NCBI GenBank assembly: GCA_002418185.1
Contig: DIDN01000034.1
Span: 1 to 63,889, forward strand
Reading direction: 5' to 3'
DNA length: 63,889 bases
Origin: Deltaproteobacteria bacterium UBA5799
GTDB taxonomy: Bacteria > Desulfobacterota > GWC2-55-46
Positions 38,485 to 49,231 of the stretch are shown in pieces. The notes under the pieces were generated by a model. That model did not search any database and had not been told where the DNA came from. It was given only the letters and a program-made list of their open reading frames with translations. The translations under genes were made by a program, and so were the position numbers. Every line of letters starts with the position of its first letter. Within the stretch, counting starts at the first letter, position 1.

Positions 38485-38520
38485 GGGCTCAAGCCTAAAG
38501 GCCTGAGCCCTTTTATTTTT
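38485..38520 (+). terminator. Rho-independent terminator
   Basis: gggctcaagcc-taaa-ggcctgagccc stem (1 mismatch) followed by ttttattttt. Confidence 0.75.
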
Positions 38521-38540
38521 AGGAATCAGCACAAACAGGG

Positions 38541-39004
38541 TCTTTTTTGCAAAAAGCCTTTATCGCGCTACCGCGCTCAAGCAGAAGTAAAAGGCCTTTT
38601 TCCGCACTACCGTGCGGTTTTTGAGGGTAAGGCTCGCTTGCTATCTGCCTTCCCCACCCTGTGAACGGGCCCCTAAAGTCGCTTCGCTCCTGCCTCCTCG
38701 GCCCGTTCACACTCCGCCTCCCTTATGCAGCGCTCGCCTTACCCTCCGGGGTTTGTTGAATACAAAATAAAGACACGCGGAGCGCACCCTGCTCGGTTTT
38801 GTTTCATCTTTCAAAACAACCCAGGGGCATAAGGCGGAGCGAACATAGGGTTGGGGGAGGGGCGGGCGAGGCGGGGCAGCAGGAGCGAGGCCCAGGGAGG
38901 CCGAGCGACATAAGGGCCGAGCCCGGAGGATGGAGGCGGAATGAGAGCGGAGTCTTGTGCCCAAAAAGAGCGCGGCAGCGCGATAATGGCCCTTTGCAAA
39001 AAGC
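38541..39004. repeat. Complete about 464-bp giant imperfect palindrome (full copy of the repeat family)
   Basis: Terminal inverted repeats ttttgcaaaaagcctttatcgcgctaccgcgctc (38545-38578) and gagcgcggcagcgcgataatggccctttgcaaaaagc (38968-39004). Nested palindromes include gtgaacgggcc/ggcccgttcac and gagggtaaggctcgc/gcgagccttaccctc-type arms. Confidence 0.85.
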
Positions 39005-39223
39005 TGGATACGGGGTTATGGGTATTCCATTCTCCCGAAATTAAATAAAGAAAAACCATATATCAAAAAGAGCGGCGGCAGTCATGTGAAAGGCATTATG
39101 CACTGAAAAGACCGGTAAGCACGAAAACAATATTCCCCGCTCGGACAAGCGCAAAAAGATAGAACTTACGATATAATCGGGCTATAATGTCCCCACACCA
39201 GCGGAAGGAGCCCTTTCAAATAG

Positions 39224-40177
39224 ATGAAAATAATCGACATATACGAGAGGGCCATAAAAAGGGGGATGGAGCTCGACCCCAGGGGCGCCGACGAGGTGAA
39301 GGCCGAGCTCGAGCGCGCGAAAAAGGAATACGACGAGCTGAAGGAAAAGGACCGCAGGTGGTTCGATGCCGAGCGCCTGAAGAACCCCTATTCAGATTCC
39401 CGCATACTGTACGGCGACCCGGAACAGGAGGTAAAACGGGTCCTTGTCGGCATAGATATCGAGGTGGGCGAGATAGTGCTCGCCGACAGGCTGCGTGAAA
39501 AGGGGGAGCGCATAGACCTTATAATCTCCCACCACCCCGAGGGCATGGCGATGGCCAAGCTCTACGAGGTGATGGACATGCAGTCGGGCATACTCCTTAA
39601 ATACGGCGTGCCCATAAATGTCGCGGAGGACATAATGGACGAGCGCATAAGGGAGGTCGAGCGGAGGCTAATGCCGACCAACCACACGAGGGCCGTGGAT
39701 GCGGCCCGCCTCCTCGACATACCGCTCATGTGCGTGCACACGCCCGCTGACAACGCGGTTACCGACCACCTCCAGAGGCTCTTCGACGAATCGAAGCCCC
39801 GGCAGGTCTCGGACGTCGTGAAGGCATTGAAGGAGATACCCGAGTACATGACCAGCATGGGAGAGGTCTTCATGCAGCCCAAGGCCGTCGTGGGCTCCGA
39901 GAAAAAGAGCGCGGGCAGGGTCTTCGTGGACATGACGGGCGGGACCGGAGGGTCGAAGCGCGCCTACGAGAAGTTGTCCCAATCCGGCGTCGGCACGGTG
40001 GTCGGCATGCACATAAGCGAGGACCACAGGAAAGAGGCCGGGAAGCACCATATAAACGTCGTCATCGCGGGCCACATAGCGAGCGACACCCTCGGGATGA
40101 ACCTCCTCTTCGACAGTATCCTTGACGGAGTCGACGTGGTGGAGACATCGGGCTTCAGGAGAATCGCAAGGACCTGA
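39224..40177 (+). CDS. NIF3-family dinuclear-metal protein
   Basis: IISHHPEG motif and C-terminal VVIAGHIASD, typical of NIF3 (YbgI/YqfO) proteins. Confidence 0.75.
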   Translation: MKIIDIYERAIKRGMELDPRGADEVKAELERAKKEYDELKEKDRRWFDAERLKNPYSDSRILYGDPEQEVKRVLVGIDIEVGEIVLADRLREKGERIDLIISHHPEGMAMAKLYEVMDMQSGILLKYGVPINVAEDIMDERIREVERRLMPTNHTRAVDAARLLDIPLMCVHTPADNAVTDHLQRLFDESKPRQVSDVVKALKEIPEYMTSMGEVFMQPKAVVGSEKKSAGRVFVDMTGGTGGSKRAYEKLSQSGVGTVVGMHISEDHRKEAGKHHINVVIAGHIASDTLGMNLLFDSILDGVDVVETSGFRRIART

Positions 40178-40247
40178 CCGCATGGCCTTTAAAGCGCGCC
40201 TTCAAATGGACGCGCATGCAACGTACACCCCTTATCAGTAAATTGCC

Positions 40248-42560
40248 GTGGACGAGACAACCCTTTCCACACTCGAATATCCGGCTGTCCTCTCCGAGCT
40301 TGCCTCCTTTACAATGACCCCTGTCGGCAGGGAGAAGGCCCTCATGCAGAGGCCGGGCAGGGACATCCGCTCCATTGAGGAGGCCTACGCCGAGTTCCGG
40401 GAGGTCTCCGAGCTTGTAAAGACATCCGGAACGCTCCCCCTCGGCGGGGTCGGGGACATAAGGGAGGTCCTCTCCAGGACCGACCCCGAGGGCGCATATC
40501 TCCTCCCTTCCGAACTCCTTACTGTGCTCTCGAACATTACCTCCGCCGGGCTTGTAAAGGCCGTATTCGAGCCCAGGGAGGCGGGCCGCCTGTACCCGAG
40601 GACCGCTTCAAGGGCAGGACGCATCTCCTCGCAGGACGAGCTGAGGGGCGCCCTGGCCCGCATACTCGACGAGAGGGGCGAGATAAAGGACACGGCCTCC
40701 ACCGAGCTCTATAACATAAGGCGCGAGATACGGGGCAACAAGGAGCGGGCGAGGAGGATACTCGAGTCCATCACGACGGACAAGAGCACGCGGGAGTACC
40801 TCCAGGAAGACATCATAACCATCAGGGACGACAGGTACGTGCTCGCAGTAAAGGCCGGGATGCACACTACCTTCAAGGGCGTAGTCCACGGGAGGTCCGG
40901 GAGCGGCTCCACATTCTTCATCGAGCCCATAGAGCTCGTGGAGCTCAATAACAGGGTCGCGGTCCTCAAGAGGGAGGAAAAGGCCGAGGAGATAGAGATA
41001 TTGAAGGAAGCCACCCGGCAGGTGGCCTCGGAGCGCGGCGCGCTCTTAAATGGCCTTGAAGAACTGTCGGAGCTCGACCTCATCCAGGCCAAGGCGCTTT
41101 TCGGCAGGGAAACGGGCGGGGTTGTGCCGGTCGTCAGGGAAGGGGGGGACGTGAAGCTCCTCTCGGCCCGGCATCCCATACTGGTCTTCAAGGAAAAGAG
41201 GGGCGCATCCCCTGCGGTCCCCATAGATATCATGATACCCGAGGACAGGACCGTGCTCGTCATATCCGGCGCGAACACGGGCGGCAAGACCGTCGCCCTC
41301 AAGGCGCTCGGGCTCCTTACACTGATGGGCCTCTCGGCCATGCCCGTTCCTGCCGGCGAGGGAAGCGAGGTCGTCGCGTTCAAGGAGATACTCTCCGATA
41401 TAGGAGACAGGCAGGATATCGTAGCCTCCCTCTCGACCTTTTCGGCGCATGTGAAAAGGATGAAGGAGTTCCTGGAGAGGGCGTCTTCAGGGACGCTCGT
41501 CCTCATAGACGAGGCCGGGGCCGGGACCGACCCCTCAGAGGGCGGCGCATTCGCGCTCGCCGCTATCGAAACCCTGCGGGAGAGGGGCGCCAGGACGGTC
41601 GTTACCACGCACCTTAACCTCCTCAAGGCCTACGCGCAGGCGAACAAGGCATACCTTAACGCGTCGGTGGAGTTCGACGAGAAGACGCTAAAGCCCCTTT
41701 ACGGGCTCCTTTACGGGGTGCCGGGGCCGAGCCTCGGCCTCTCAATCGCCAGGAGCCTGGGCATACCGCAGGAGATAATAGAAAGGGCCGGCGGCTATAT
41801 AAAGGAGAAGGAAGGGGCCTTCATCGAATCGACGCGCGCGCTCGAAAGGGAAAAGGAGGAGATAAGGGAGATCAAGCAGAGGCTTTCGGCCCTTGAAAAG
41901 GGGAGGCAGGAAGCCCTTTCGAAGTTCAGGAAGAACCGCGAGGCCATGATCGAGAGGGCTAAAAAGAACATAGATTCGGCCGTAAGGAAGGCCGACGAGG
42001 ACATAAGGGAAGCGGTAACGAGGTTCCGCGACGAGCGCGGCAGGGGCTCAAGGAACGCGCTCGCGGAGCTTGCGAAGGCAAAGGAACGGGCAAGGGCGAA
42101 GTTCGAGCAAAAGGCCGAGGAATATGTCCCCTCTGAAGGAGACAAGGTCGCGATAGAGGGCTCGAGCTCGAAAGGCGTTGTCGTCGCACTCGACGCCGGC
42201 GGCAAAAGGGCCGAGGTGCTCGTCGGCAGCCTCAAGGTGTGGGCGCCGTGGGACAAGCTTCGCAGGAGGGGCGGCGATGCCGGCAGGCCCTCTAAAGGTA
42301 TAAGCGTTAGCGCCGATATGGACTTAGCCTCGAAGCTCAATATCATAGGGCTGCGCGTGGACGAGGCCATGCCCAGGGTGATGAAGTTCATCGACAGCGC
42401 GCACGCGAACGGCCTCGGGAGTGTCGAGATCGTCCACGGGATGGGCACAGGAAGGCTCGGGAAGGCCGTCGAAGAGTTCCTCAGGGGCAACCCCCTTGTC
42501 GGCAGGTTCCACCACGGCACCCCCGTAAACGGCGGCGTGACCGTCGTAGAGCTCAAGTAG
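40248..42560 (+). CDS. mutS2: Endonuclease MutS2 (MutS domain plus C-terminal Smr)
   Basis: Walker A GANTGGKT, LIDEAGAGTDP, and a C-terminal Smr domain with VHGMGTGRL. GTG start. Confidence 0.9.
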   Translation: MDETTLSTLEYPAVLSELASFTMTPVGREKALMQRPGRDIRSIEEAYAEFREVSELVKTSGTLPLGGVGDIREVLSRTDPEGAYLLPSELLTVLSNITSAGLVKAVFEPREAGRLYPRTASRAGRISSQDELRGALARILDERGEIKDTASTELYNIRREIRGNKERARRILESITTDKSTREYLQEDIITIRDDRYVLAVKAGMHTTFKGVVHGRSGSGSTFFIEPIELVELNNRVAVLKREEKAEEIEILKEATRQVASERGALLNGLEELSELDLIQAKALFGRETGGVVPVVREGGDVKLLSARHPILVFKEKRGASPAVPIDIMIPEDRTVLVISGANTGGKTVALKALGLLTLMGLSAMPVPAGEGSEVVAFKEILSDIGDRQDIVASLSTFSAHVKRMKEFLERASSGTLVLIDEAGAGTDPSEGGAFALAAIETLRERGARTVVTTHLNLLKAYAQANKAYLNASVEFDEKTLKPLYGLLYGVPGPSLGLSIARSLGIPQEIIERAGGYIKEKEGAFIESTRALEREKEEIREIKQRLSALEKGRQEALSKFRKNREAMIERAKKNIDSAVRKADEDIREAVTRFRDERGRGSRNALAELAKAKERARAKFEQKAEEYVPSEGDKVAIEGSSSKGVVVALDAGGKRAEVLVGSLKVWAPWDKLRRRGGDAGRPSKGISVSADMDLASKLNIIGLRVDEAMPRVMKFIDSAHANGLGSVEIVHGMGTGRLGKAVEEFLRGNPLVGRFHHGTPVNGGVTVVELK

Positions 42561-42570
42561 GCGCGCGCGG

Positions 42571-44328
42571 ATGGCCATCCCCAAGGACAAGATAGAGGAG
42601 GTAAGGGAGAGGGCGAGCATAGTCCAGGTCGTCTCGGACTACGTGCCGCTTGCGAAAAGGGGCGCGAACCATATCGGCCTCTGCCCGTTCCACTCGGAGA
42701 AGACCCCCTCGTTCACGGTGAGCGAGGAAAAGAAGATATTCTACTGTTTCGGCTGCAACGCCACGGGGAACGTTATAACCTTCCTCATGAAGAAGGAAGG
42801 GCTCGCCTTCCCGGACGCTGTCCGCTCCCTTGCCGCGAGGTACGGGATAACCATAACCGAGTCCGCGAGGAGCGGCGCGCCCGACAAGAGGGAGGCGGTC
42901 TACAACGCGCTCAAGACGGCGGCCGAATACTTTACGGCAGAGCTCAGGGCCTCGGAAGGGGCCAGGGCAAGGGAGTACCTGAAGGCCAGGGGCCTGACGG
43001 GCGAGCTCGCGAAGTCGTTCGCGATAGGGTTCGCTCCAGACGGATGGGACGGCCTTACTGTGCACCTGAGGAGAAAGGGCGTAGACCCGGAGGCTGCCCG
43101 GAGCGCCGGCCTCATTGTAAAGAGGGACAAGTCCTCCGGCTACTACGACAGGTTCAGGGGAAGGGTCGTGTTCCCCATAACCGACATGAGGGGCAGGGTA
43201 ACCGGCTTCGGCGGGCGGGCAATGGACGACAAGGTCCAGCCCAAGTACCTCAACTCTCCCGAATCGCCGGTATTCAGGAAGGGAGAGACGCTCTTCGGCC
43301 TCTCGCAGGCAAGGGAGGCGATACAGAAGGAGGGCTCGGTCATCGTGGTCGAGGGGTATTTCGACCTCGTCGCCCTCGTAAAGCACGGCTTCAATAACAG
43401 CGTGGCCACAATGGGCACGGCCCTGACGCCCGAGCATGTAAGGCTCCTGAAGGGCTATACGGCTTCCATATACTGCCTCTTCGACGCTGACGAGGCGGGC
43501 AAAAAGGCGGCCCTCCGCGGGCTCGGCCTGTTCCTCAACGAGGACGTGGCCTGCAGGGCTGTCCTCCTGGACAAGGGCAAGGACCCGGACGAGTTCCTCA
43601 GGCTTTCCGGGCCTGAGGCGCTCAGGGAGGCGGTGAGAGAGGCGCCGACCCTGATGGAGTTCTATCTCCGGAGCCTCAGGGACGGGACCGACATCAAGAC
43701 CCCTGAGGGGAAGAAAAAATACTTCCGGGAAGCGCTCGCGTACCTTTCCCGGATAAAAGACGTTGCCGAGCTTGGCCATTACGCGTCGATCGTCGCATCC
43801 ACTCTCGGAATAGGCGTCGATGCGGTATACGGGGAGATTAAGGGCCGTCCCGGGGCAGGCGGGGCCGAGAGGACGAAGGGCTTCCGTTCACCGGCGGCCC
43901 CGAAGCCGGAGCTTATTATATTAAGGGTGCTCCTTAAGCACCCGGCCCTTTACGGCCCGGAGGTGGACGAGGCCATCGAACGGTTTACCGACCCCGGGCT
44001 CAAGGAGGCGGGCCGCATAATCACGGGCCTCTGCCGGGAAGGGAGTGCCCTTTCGGGAGGGGGGCTCCTCGATAGCGTCGAAGACGACGCCGTAAAGGCC
44101 CGCCTCGCGGAGCTATTGCTCCGCGAGGACGACGGGTTCGTTGAAGAGCCTGAGAAGATGCTCAGCGACGGCCTGAAGGTGCTGCTCAACAAGGGGGGCA
44201 TAAAGCCTTCTACCATGGAGTTCGCGGAATGGAGCATAAGGCTCCTCGAAGAGACGGGAAAATCGGAACTGGCGCGGGATATGAAAAAGAGGCTCGAGAT
44301 CGGACCCCATGGGAAAAGGAATAGATAA
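42571..44328 (+). CDS. dnaG: DNA primase
   Basis: Zinc finger [13 protein letters not shown]...YCFGC, RNA polymerase core FRGRVVFPI, and Toprim VVEGYFD. Confidence 0.95.
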   Translation: MAIPKDKIEEVRERASIVQVVSDYVPLAKRGANHIGLCPFHSEKTPSFTVSEEKKIFYCFGCNATGNVITFLMKKEGLAFPDAVRSLAARYGITITESARSGAPDKREAVYNALKTAAEYFTAELRASEGARAREYLKARGLTGELAKSFAIGFAPDGWDGLTVHLRRKGVDPEAARSAGLIVKRDKSSGYYDRFRGRVVFPITDMRGRVTGFGGRAMDDKVQPKYLNSPESPVFRKGETLFGLSQAREAIQKEGSVIVVEGYFDLVALVKHGFNNSVATMGTALTPEHVRLLKGYTASIYCLFDADEAGKKAALRGLGLFLNEDVACRAVLLDKGKDPDEFLRLSGPEALREAVREAPTLMEFYLRSLRDGTDIKTPEGKKKYFREALAYLSRIKDVAELGHYASIVASTLGIGVDAVYGEIKGRPGAGGAERTKGFRSPAAPKPELIILRVLLKHPALYGPEVDEAIERFTDPGLKEAGRIITGLCREGSALSGGGLLDSVEDDAVKARLAELLLREDDGFVEEPEKMLSDGLKVLLNKGGIKPSTMEFAEWSIRLLEETGKSELARDMKKRLEIGPHGKRNR

Positions 44329-45847
44329 GGAAAGGGACGGAGACGGGCCAGAAGGCCGCTTCGCCGCGACCGACCTCAAAGGACCGGGCTTTGGCGAAGG
44401 AGACGGCCCTGAAGACGCCCTCGGCCTCGAAGGCGAGGCGGACGAACGCCTTGAGGAGGACGAGGAGGAAGCGCAGGCGCCTTCAGGTGCACCGGCAGAC
44501 AAGGGCCCGGCCGCTGCCGCCGACCCGGTAAGGACCTATCTCAAGGAGATGGGCTCGGTATTCCTCCTCACCAAGGAAGAGGAGATAGAGCTCGCGAGGT
44601 CAATCGAGGAGGGCAGGAACGAGATTGCAAGGGAGTTGCTGAAGACGCGGCTCCTTTCAGACGAGCTCCAGGGGCTAAGGAGCAGGCTTGCCGAGGAGGA
44701 GGGTGACGAAGACCCGGCAGGGTACGGCGGCGAGGAAGGGTTTTTCGCGGACGGCGAAACCGAAAGGCAGGAGGCCCTGAGGAAGGTAGATGAAGCCGAG
44801 GCCGCCATCTCCAGGCTTTCGTGCAGGAAGGGCAATCCCAGGCCCGGGGCGAAGCTGGTATCCGCGCTGCTTCTGATAGACGAGAAGGCGGACATATTCG
44901 GCAAGGCACTTGACGGGCTAAAGGAAGCCGAGGCCGAGGCCAGGGGCCTTCTGGACAGGGTCGCCGCCCTTGAGGACCCGGAGGCAAGACCGGCGGGAAA
45001 GGCCGCGTCCAGGGCCGAAGATGCGAGGGCGTCCGTCAGGGCGATCGAGGCGCGTACAGGCCTTTCCTCGGGAGAGCTCCCGCTCCTTATCGCGCGCATA
45101 GAAGACCGCCTCTCCATGATGGACTCCGCAAAGGACAAGCTCGTAAGGGCGAACCTGAGGCTCGTGGTGAGCATAGCGCGTAGATACATGAACCGGGGCC
45201 TCCAGTTCCTGGATCTCATACAGGAGGGGAACATCGGCCTCATGAAGGCCGTCGAAAAGTTCGAATACAGGAGAGGGTACAAGTTCTCGACCTACGCCAC
45301 ATGGTGGATAAGGCAGGCCATATCGAGGTCCATAGCAGACCAGGCCCGCACCATAAGGATACCCGTACACATGGTCGAGAGCCTAAATAAGCTCGTCCGC
45401 ACCTCGCACTATTTCCTCCAGGAGAACGGGAGGGAGCCGACTCCGGAGGAGCTTGGAGAGGCCCTGAAGTTCCCGCTCGAAAAGGTCCGGAAGATAATGA
45501 GGATAGCCAAGGAGCCGGTCTCACTCGAGATGCCCGTTGGCGAGGAGGGCGACAGCTACCTGGGTGACTTCATAGAGGACAAGGACGCTCTCGTACCGCA
45601 TGACGAGGCGATAACGAGCGACCTTACCGGCCACATGAGCGAGGTGCTCGCAACCCTTAGCGCCAGGGAGGAGAAGGTCCTCCGGATGAGGTTCGGCATA
45701 GGCGAGGTCAAGGACCACACCCTCGAGGAGGTCGGGGCCTTTTTCAATGTCACCCGCGAGAGGATCCGCCAGATAGAGGCAAAGGCCCTGAGGAAGCTCA
45801 GGCACCCCAAGAGGTGCAGGAAGCTCAAGACCTTTTCAGGCAAGTAG
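44309..45847 (+). CDS. rpoD: RNA polymerase sigma factor RpoD
   Basis: Acidic N-terminus. Region 2 is [37 protein letters not shown], and region 4 is [30 protein letters not shown]. Confidence 0.95.
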   Translation: MGKGIDKERDGDGPEGRFAATDLKGPGFGEGDGPEDALGLEGEADERLEEDEEEAQAPSGAPADKGPAAAADPVRTYLKEMGSVFLLTKEEEIELARSIEEGRNEIARELLKTRLLSDELQGLRSRLAEEEGDEDPAGYGGEEGFFADGETERQEALRKVDEAEAAISRLSCRKGNPRPGAKLVSALLLIDEKADIFGKALDGLKEAEAEARGLLDRVAALEDPEARPAGKAASRAEDARASVRAIEARTGLSSGELPLLIARIEDRLSMMDSAKDKLVRANLRLVVSIARRYMNRGLQFLDLIQEGNIGLMKAVEKFEYRRGYKFSTYATWWIRQAISRSIADQARTIRIPVHMVESLNKLVRTSHYFLQENGREPTPEELGEALKFPLEKVRKIMRIAKEPVSLEMPVGEEGDSYLGDFIEDKDALVPHDEAITSDLTGHMSEVLATLSAREEKVLRMRFGIGEVKDHTLEEVGAFFNVTRERIRQIEAKALRKLRHPKRCRKLKTFSGK

Positions 45848-45895
45848 CCTGCCCGGCCCCGCTTATACAATCCAGCCATTTGACGAAGAGAGCGG

Positions 45896-45924
45896 TTGAC
45901 TTGCCCCCTGCTTTTCCTTATCAT
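45896..45924 (+). promoter_or_regulatory. Sigma70-like promoter upstream of asd
   Basis: TTGACT (45896-45901), 17-nt spacer, TATCAT (45919-45924). Confidence 0.5.
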
Positions 45925-46014
45925 TAAAAGATTGCAAGCCCTTATCGGATTCAAGGCCTCCCGGAAGGGGGGTTTTTGAGTTTGGGGTCCTAAAATTACG
46001 CAGAGGGGCGTCCC

Positions 46015-47037
46015 GTGAAGAAGAAAAAGTATAACGTTGCCATAGCCGGAGCGACCGGCGTCGTGGGAAAGGAGTTCCTGAAGATCCTCGAAGAACGGGC
46101 TTTCCCGGTGGGCGAGCTCAGGCTCCTCGCATCCGAGCGTAGCGCGGGCGCAAGGGTCGAGTTCAAGGGGGTCGAGGAGCTTGTGACCGAGCTCGACAAG
46201 GAGAGCTTCGAGGGAGTGGACATAGGGCTCTTCTCCCCCGGCGCGAGCGTAAGCGCCAAATACGCGCCCAGGGCCGCGAAGGCCGGCTGCATAGTGATAG
46301 ACAACACCAGCCAGTTCAGGATGGACCCCGACGTGCCGCTCGTGGTGCCTGAGGTCAACCCCAAAGACATCGGCCTCTACACGAAGAAGAACATCATAGC
46401 CAACCCCAACTGCTCGACCATACAGATGGTCGTCGCGTTGAAGCCCATACACGACAGGTACCGGATAAAGAGGATAGTCGTCTCGACCTACCAGTCCGTC
46501 TCCGGGGCGGGCAAGGAAGCCATGGAGGAACTCTCGACCCAGGTGAAGGAGCTCTTTAACATGAGGTCGCCCTCGGTGAATGTCTTACCCCACAGGATAG
46601 CCTTCAACTGCCTTCCGCAGATAGATTCCTTCCTTGATGACGGCTACACCAAGGAAGAAATGAAAATGGTTAACGAGACCAAAAAGATATTCGGGGACGA
46701 CTCCGTAAAGGTGACGGCAACTGCCGTAAGGGTCCCTGTCTTTATAGGCCACTCAGAGTCCGTGAACATCGAGACCGAAAAGCCAATTGATCCGAAGGAC
46801 GTGAAAAAGCTCCTCTCAAAGGCCCCGGGAATCACCGTCATAGACGAGCCGGGCCAGGGGGCCTATCCGATGCCAGCCGACGCGGCAGGCGCTGACGACG
46901 TCTACGTGGGGAGGATCCGGAGGGACGACACCGTCCCGAACGGCCTCAACATCTGGATAGTCGCGGACAACCTCCGGAAGGGCGCGGCCCTGAACGCCGT
47001 CCAGATAGCCGAGGCGCTCATAAAGGACTATATCTGA
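46015..47037 (+). CDS. asd: Aspartate-semialdehyde dehydrogenase
   Basis: VAIAGATGVVG NAD fold, active-site ANPNCST, and QSVSGAG. GTG start. Confidence 0.95.
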   Translation: MKKKKYNVAIAGATGVVGKEFLKILEERAFPVGELRLLASERSAGARVEFKGVEELVTELDKESFEGVDIGLFSPGASVSAKYAPRAAKAGCIVIDNTSQFRMDPDVPLVVPEVNPKDIGLYTKKNIIANPNCSTIQMVVALKPIHDRYRIKRIVVSTYQSVSGAGKEAMEELSTQVKELFNMRSPSVNVLPHRIAFNCLPQIDSFLDDGYTKEEMKMVNETKKIFGDDSVKVTATAVRVPVFIGHSESVNIETEKPIDPKDVKKLLSKAPGITVIDEPGQGAYPMPADAAGADDVYVGRIRRDDTVPNGLNIWIVADNLRKGAALNAVQIAEALIKDYI

Positions 47038-47066
47038 CCGGCGCGCCTCAGTCGGACGGCCAGGCC

Positions 47067-47804
47067 ATGAGGAACATAAGGCTCGTTATCGAATACGAAG
47101 GCACCTCTTACGCGGGCTGGCAGGTCCAGGAGGGGCTCCCGACCATACAGGGCGCGCTCACCGAGGCCGCGAGGAAGCTCACGCAGAAGGAGGCGGTCAT
47201 AACCGGGGCCTCCCGGACGGACGCAGGAGTACACGCCTTAGGCCAGGTAGCGAGCCTCCGGACCGAATCCGCCATACCCTGCTGGAACATCACGCAGGGC
47301 ATGAACGTTTTCCTGCCAAAAGACATAGTAATAAAAGACGCGTTTGATGCGCCCCCTGAGTTCGATCCCAGAAAGGACTCCAAGGGCAAGGTCTATGTTT
47401 ACAGGATAATAAACAGGGGCCATCCATCGGCCCTTCTCCGTAACTTCACCTGGCATATATTCAACCCCCTCGACATCGTCGCAATGCAACAGGCTGCCGC
47501 TCATCTCATAGGCGAAAAAGACTTCTCGTCGTTCAGGGCCGCGGGCTGCGAAGCGCTTCATGCGAAAAGGGAGGTCACCTCTGTAAATATAAGCAAAAAA
47601 GAGGACGGGCTCGTGGAGATAGAAGTAAGGGGAACGGCTTTCTTGAGGCACATGGTCCGAATCATGGCAGGCACTCTTGTAGCGGTTGGAAAAGGCAAGC
47701 TCTCTTCCGATGAGGTCCTTCGCATCCTCGAGGCCAGAGACAGGACATTGGCAAGCCAGACCGCGCCGGCGCGGGGGCTTGTGCTCGTTAAGGTGGAATA
47801 TTAA
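47067..47804 (+). CDS. truA: tRNA pseudouridine(38-40) synthase
   Basis: YEGTSYAGWQVQ and the catalytic GASRTDAGVHA motif. Confidence 0.95.
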   Translation: MRNIRLVIEYEGTSYAGWQVQEGLPTIQGALTEAARKLTQKEAVITGASRTDAGVHALGQVASLRTESAIPCWNITQGMNVFLPKDIVIKDAFDAPPEFDPRKDSKGKVYVYRIINRGHPSALLRNFTWHIFNPLDIVAMQQAAAHLIGEKDFSSFRAAGCEALHAKREVTSVNISKKEDGLVEIEVRGTAFLRHMVRIMAGTLVAVGKGKLSSDEVLRILEARDRTLASQTAPARGLVLVKVEY

Positions 47805-47835
47805 CCTTATGTTATGCGCACCATCGAATTTACAT

Positions 47836-48010
47836 AAAGCCCTTTTCCGCACTGCCGTGCTTGAGGGCAAGGCTCGCTTGCTAAGCCCCTCCCCCACCTC
47901 GTGAACGGGCCCATGAAGTCGCTTCGCTCCTGACCTCCCCGGCCCGTTCACGCACTTCCTCCCTTATGCTACGCTCGCCTTACACTCCGGGGTTGTTGCA
48001 AGACAAAATA
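47836..48010. repeat. Half copy (left module only) of the palindromic repeat family
   Basis: aaagcccttttccgcactgccgtgc...gtgaacgggcccatgaagtcgcttcgctcctgacctccccggcccgttcac...ccttacactccgggg aligns with 38590-38765 and with 1-95. Confidence 0.85.
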
Positions 48011-48125
48011 CAGTAAGGCAGCTGTGAAGAATCCGCACCCGCCGCTTTCACCTGAAAACCCTTGTTTTTACGCTCCCCCTGATGCATACTTTATACGGCG
48101 AAATTCGTTCAAGGACCCGTTTTTC

Positions 48126-49040
48126 ATGGAGCTTACGCTTGGCCCGGTCCTCTTCGATTGGCCCCGTGAAGAGGTATTAGGGTTCTACAGTGAAATATCG
48201 AAGACGGACGTGGACAGGGTCTATGTCGGCGAGGTGGTCTGCTCGAAGAGGCTGGGCCTCTCGCACGGAGATATCGGTGGCATAATAAGGCTCCTCCTGG
48301 ATTCCGGGAAAGAGGTAGCCCTCTCGACCCTAGCCGTCATCTCGAACGACGATGAGCTTCAAACGGCCCGGAAGCTTTTTGAATTCCAGGTCCCGATAGA
48401 GGCTAACGACATGTCGGCCTTCAACATGGCCGACGCGCGGGAAAGGGAAATTTACGCCGGGCCTCATATCACCTCCTACAACGCGCCGACTGTGGAGTTC
48501 CTGAAATCCATAGGCGTCAAACGGGTGGTGTTCCCGGTCGAGCTTTCGAGGGATTCCATCAGGCACTGCATTGAAAAGACCGGCATATTGGCAGAGGTCT
48601 TCGCGCACGGAAGAGCGCCCCTTGCATTTTCGTGGCGGTGCTACACGTCCAGGGCATTCGGCCTCTCCAAGACCGAATGCAGGCACCACTGCCTCAGGTA
48701 CCCGGACGGCATGGAGCTTAAGACGATAGACAACGGGCCGTTGTTCTCCATAAACGGCACCTCGATCCTCGGCGCAGCAACCCACACCCTCGTCGAATAT
48801 GTCGAGGACCTCAAGGAGACAGGCGTTGCCGCTTTAAGGATATCCCCGCAATACAGGGACACGGCCAGGATAGTCGAGGTCTTCAGGGCGCGCCTGAACG
48901 GCACGCTCGGCCCCGCGGAAGGGCTCAGGGAACTTAAGGCAATCACAAAAGGGGAGTTCACAAACGGCTGGTACCTCGGAGGCGCCGGCAAGGACTATTT
49001 AAATGCTGCCGGGAAAGTCCTTGGGGGAAACTTTCTGTAG
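48126..49040 (+). CDS. ubiV: U32-family protein, UbiV-like (O2-independent quinone hydroxylation accessory)
   Basis: MELTLGPVLFDWP start, GEVVCSKR (Cys39), and C-x12-C-x3-C (RCYTSRAFGLSKTECRHHC), matching the published UbiV 4Fe-4S ligand spacing C39/C180/C193/C197. About 300 aa. The track start at 48024 lies in the repeat. Confidence 0.7.
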   Translation: MELTLGPVLFDWPREEVLGFYSEISKTDVDRVYVGEVVCSKRLGLSHGDIGGIIRLLLDSGKEVALSTLAVISNDDELQTARKLFEFQVPIEANDMSAFNMADAREREIYAGPHITSYNAPTVEFLKSIGVKRVVFPVELSRDSIRHCIEKTGILAEVFAHGRAPLAFSWRCYTSRAFGLSKTECRHHCLRYPDGMELKTIDNGPLFSINGTSILGAATHTLVEYVEDLKETGVAALRISPQYRDTARIVEVFRARLNGTLGPAEGLRELKAITKGEFTNGWYLGGAGKDYLNAAGKVLGGNFL

Positions 49041-49172
49041 AAAGTTTCCCCCATACCCCCTTCAAAGACTTTTAGTCCCTGAGAGGACCCCCTTTTAAGG
49101 GGGTCCTCTCAGGAAGAACTGAAAGTTTTTGGAGAGAGTTTGAGAGAACCTTTTTACAAAAAGGTTCTCTCA
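49023..49172. repeat. Three consecutive perfect hairpins (stems 13, 15 and 15 bp)
   Basis: 49023-49052 is gggggaaactttc-tgta-gaaagtttccccc. 49078-49113 is cctgagaggaccccc-ttttaa-gggggtcctctcagg. 49141-49172 is tgagagaaccttttt-ac-aaaaaggttctctca. Confidence 0.9.
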
Positions 49173-49231
49173 AGAAGCTTCTCCCCGTAGCCTCTAAATG
49201 CGGCCATGGGCCGTGGAAGGGAAGGTGGAGT

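Noticed and set aside
45925-46014. Short hairpin plus T-run (ggcctcccggaaggggggttttt) in the asd leader as a riboswitch or attenuator
   Set aside because: The leader is only about 90 nt, too short for a lysine or SAM riboswitch. I recognise no conserved riboswitch core. It may be a simple attenuator or coincidental.
49023-49172. Possibility that the tandem hairpins, or the 23860/24069 repeats, are a CRISPR array
   Set aside because: There is no regularly spaced identical repeat with unique spacers. The three hairpins have different sequences, the direct repeats occur only twice with tRNA genes between them, and no cas genes are present.
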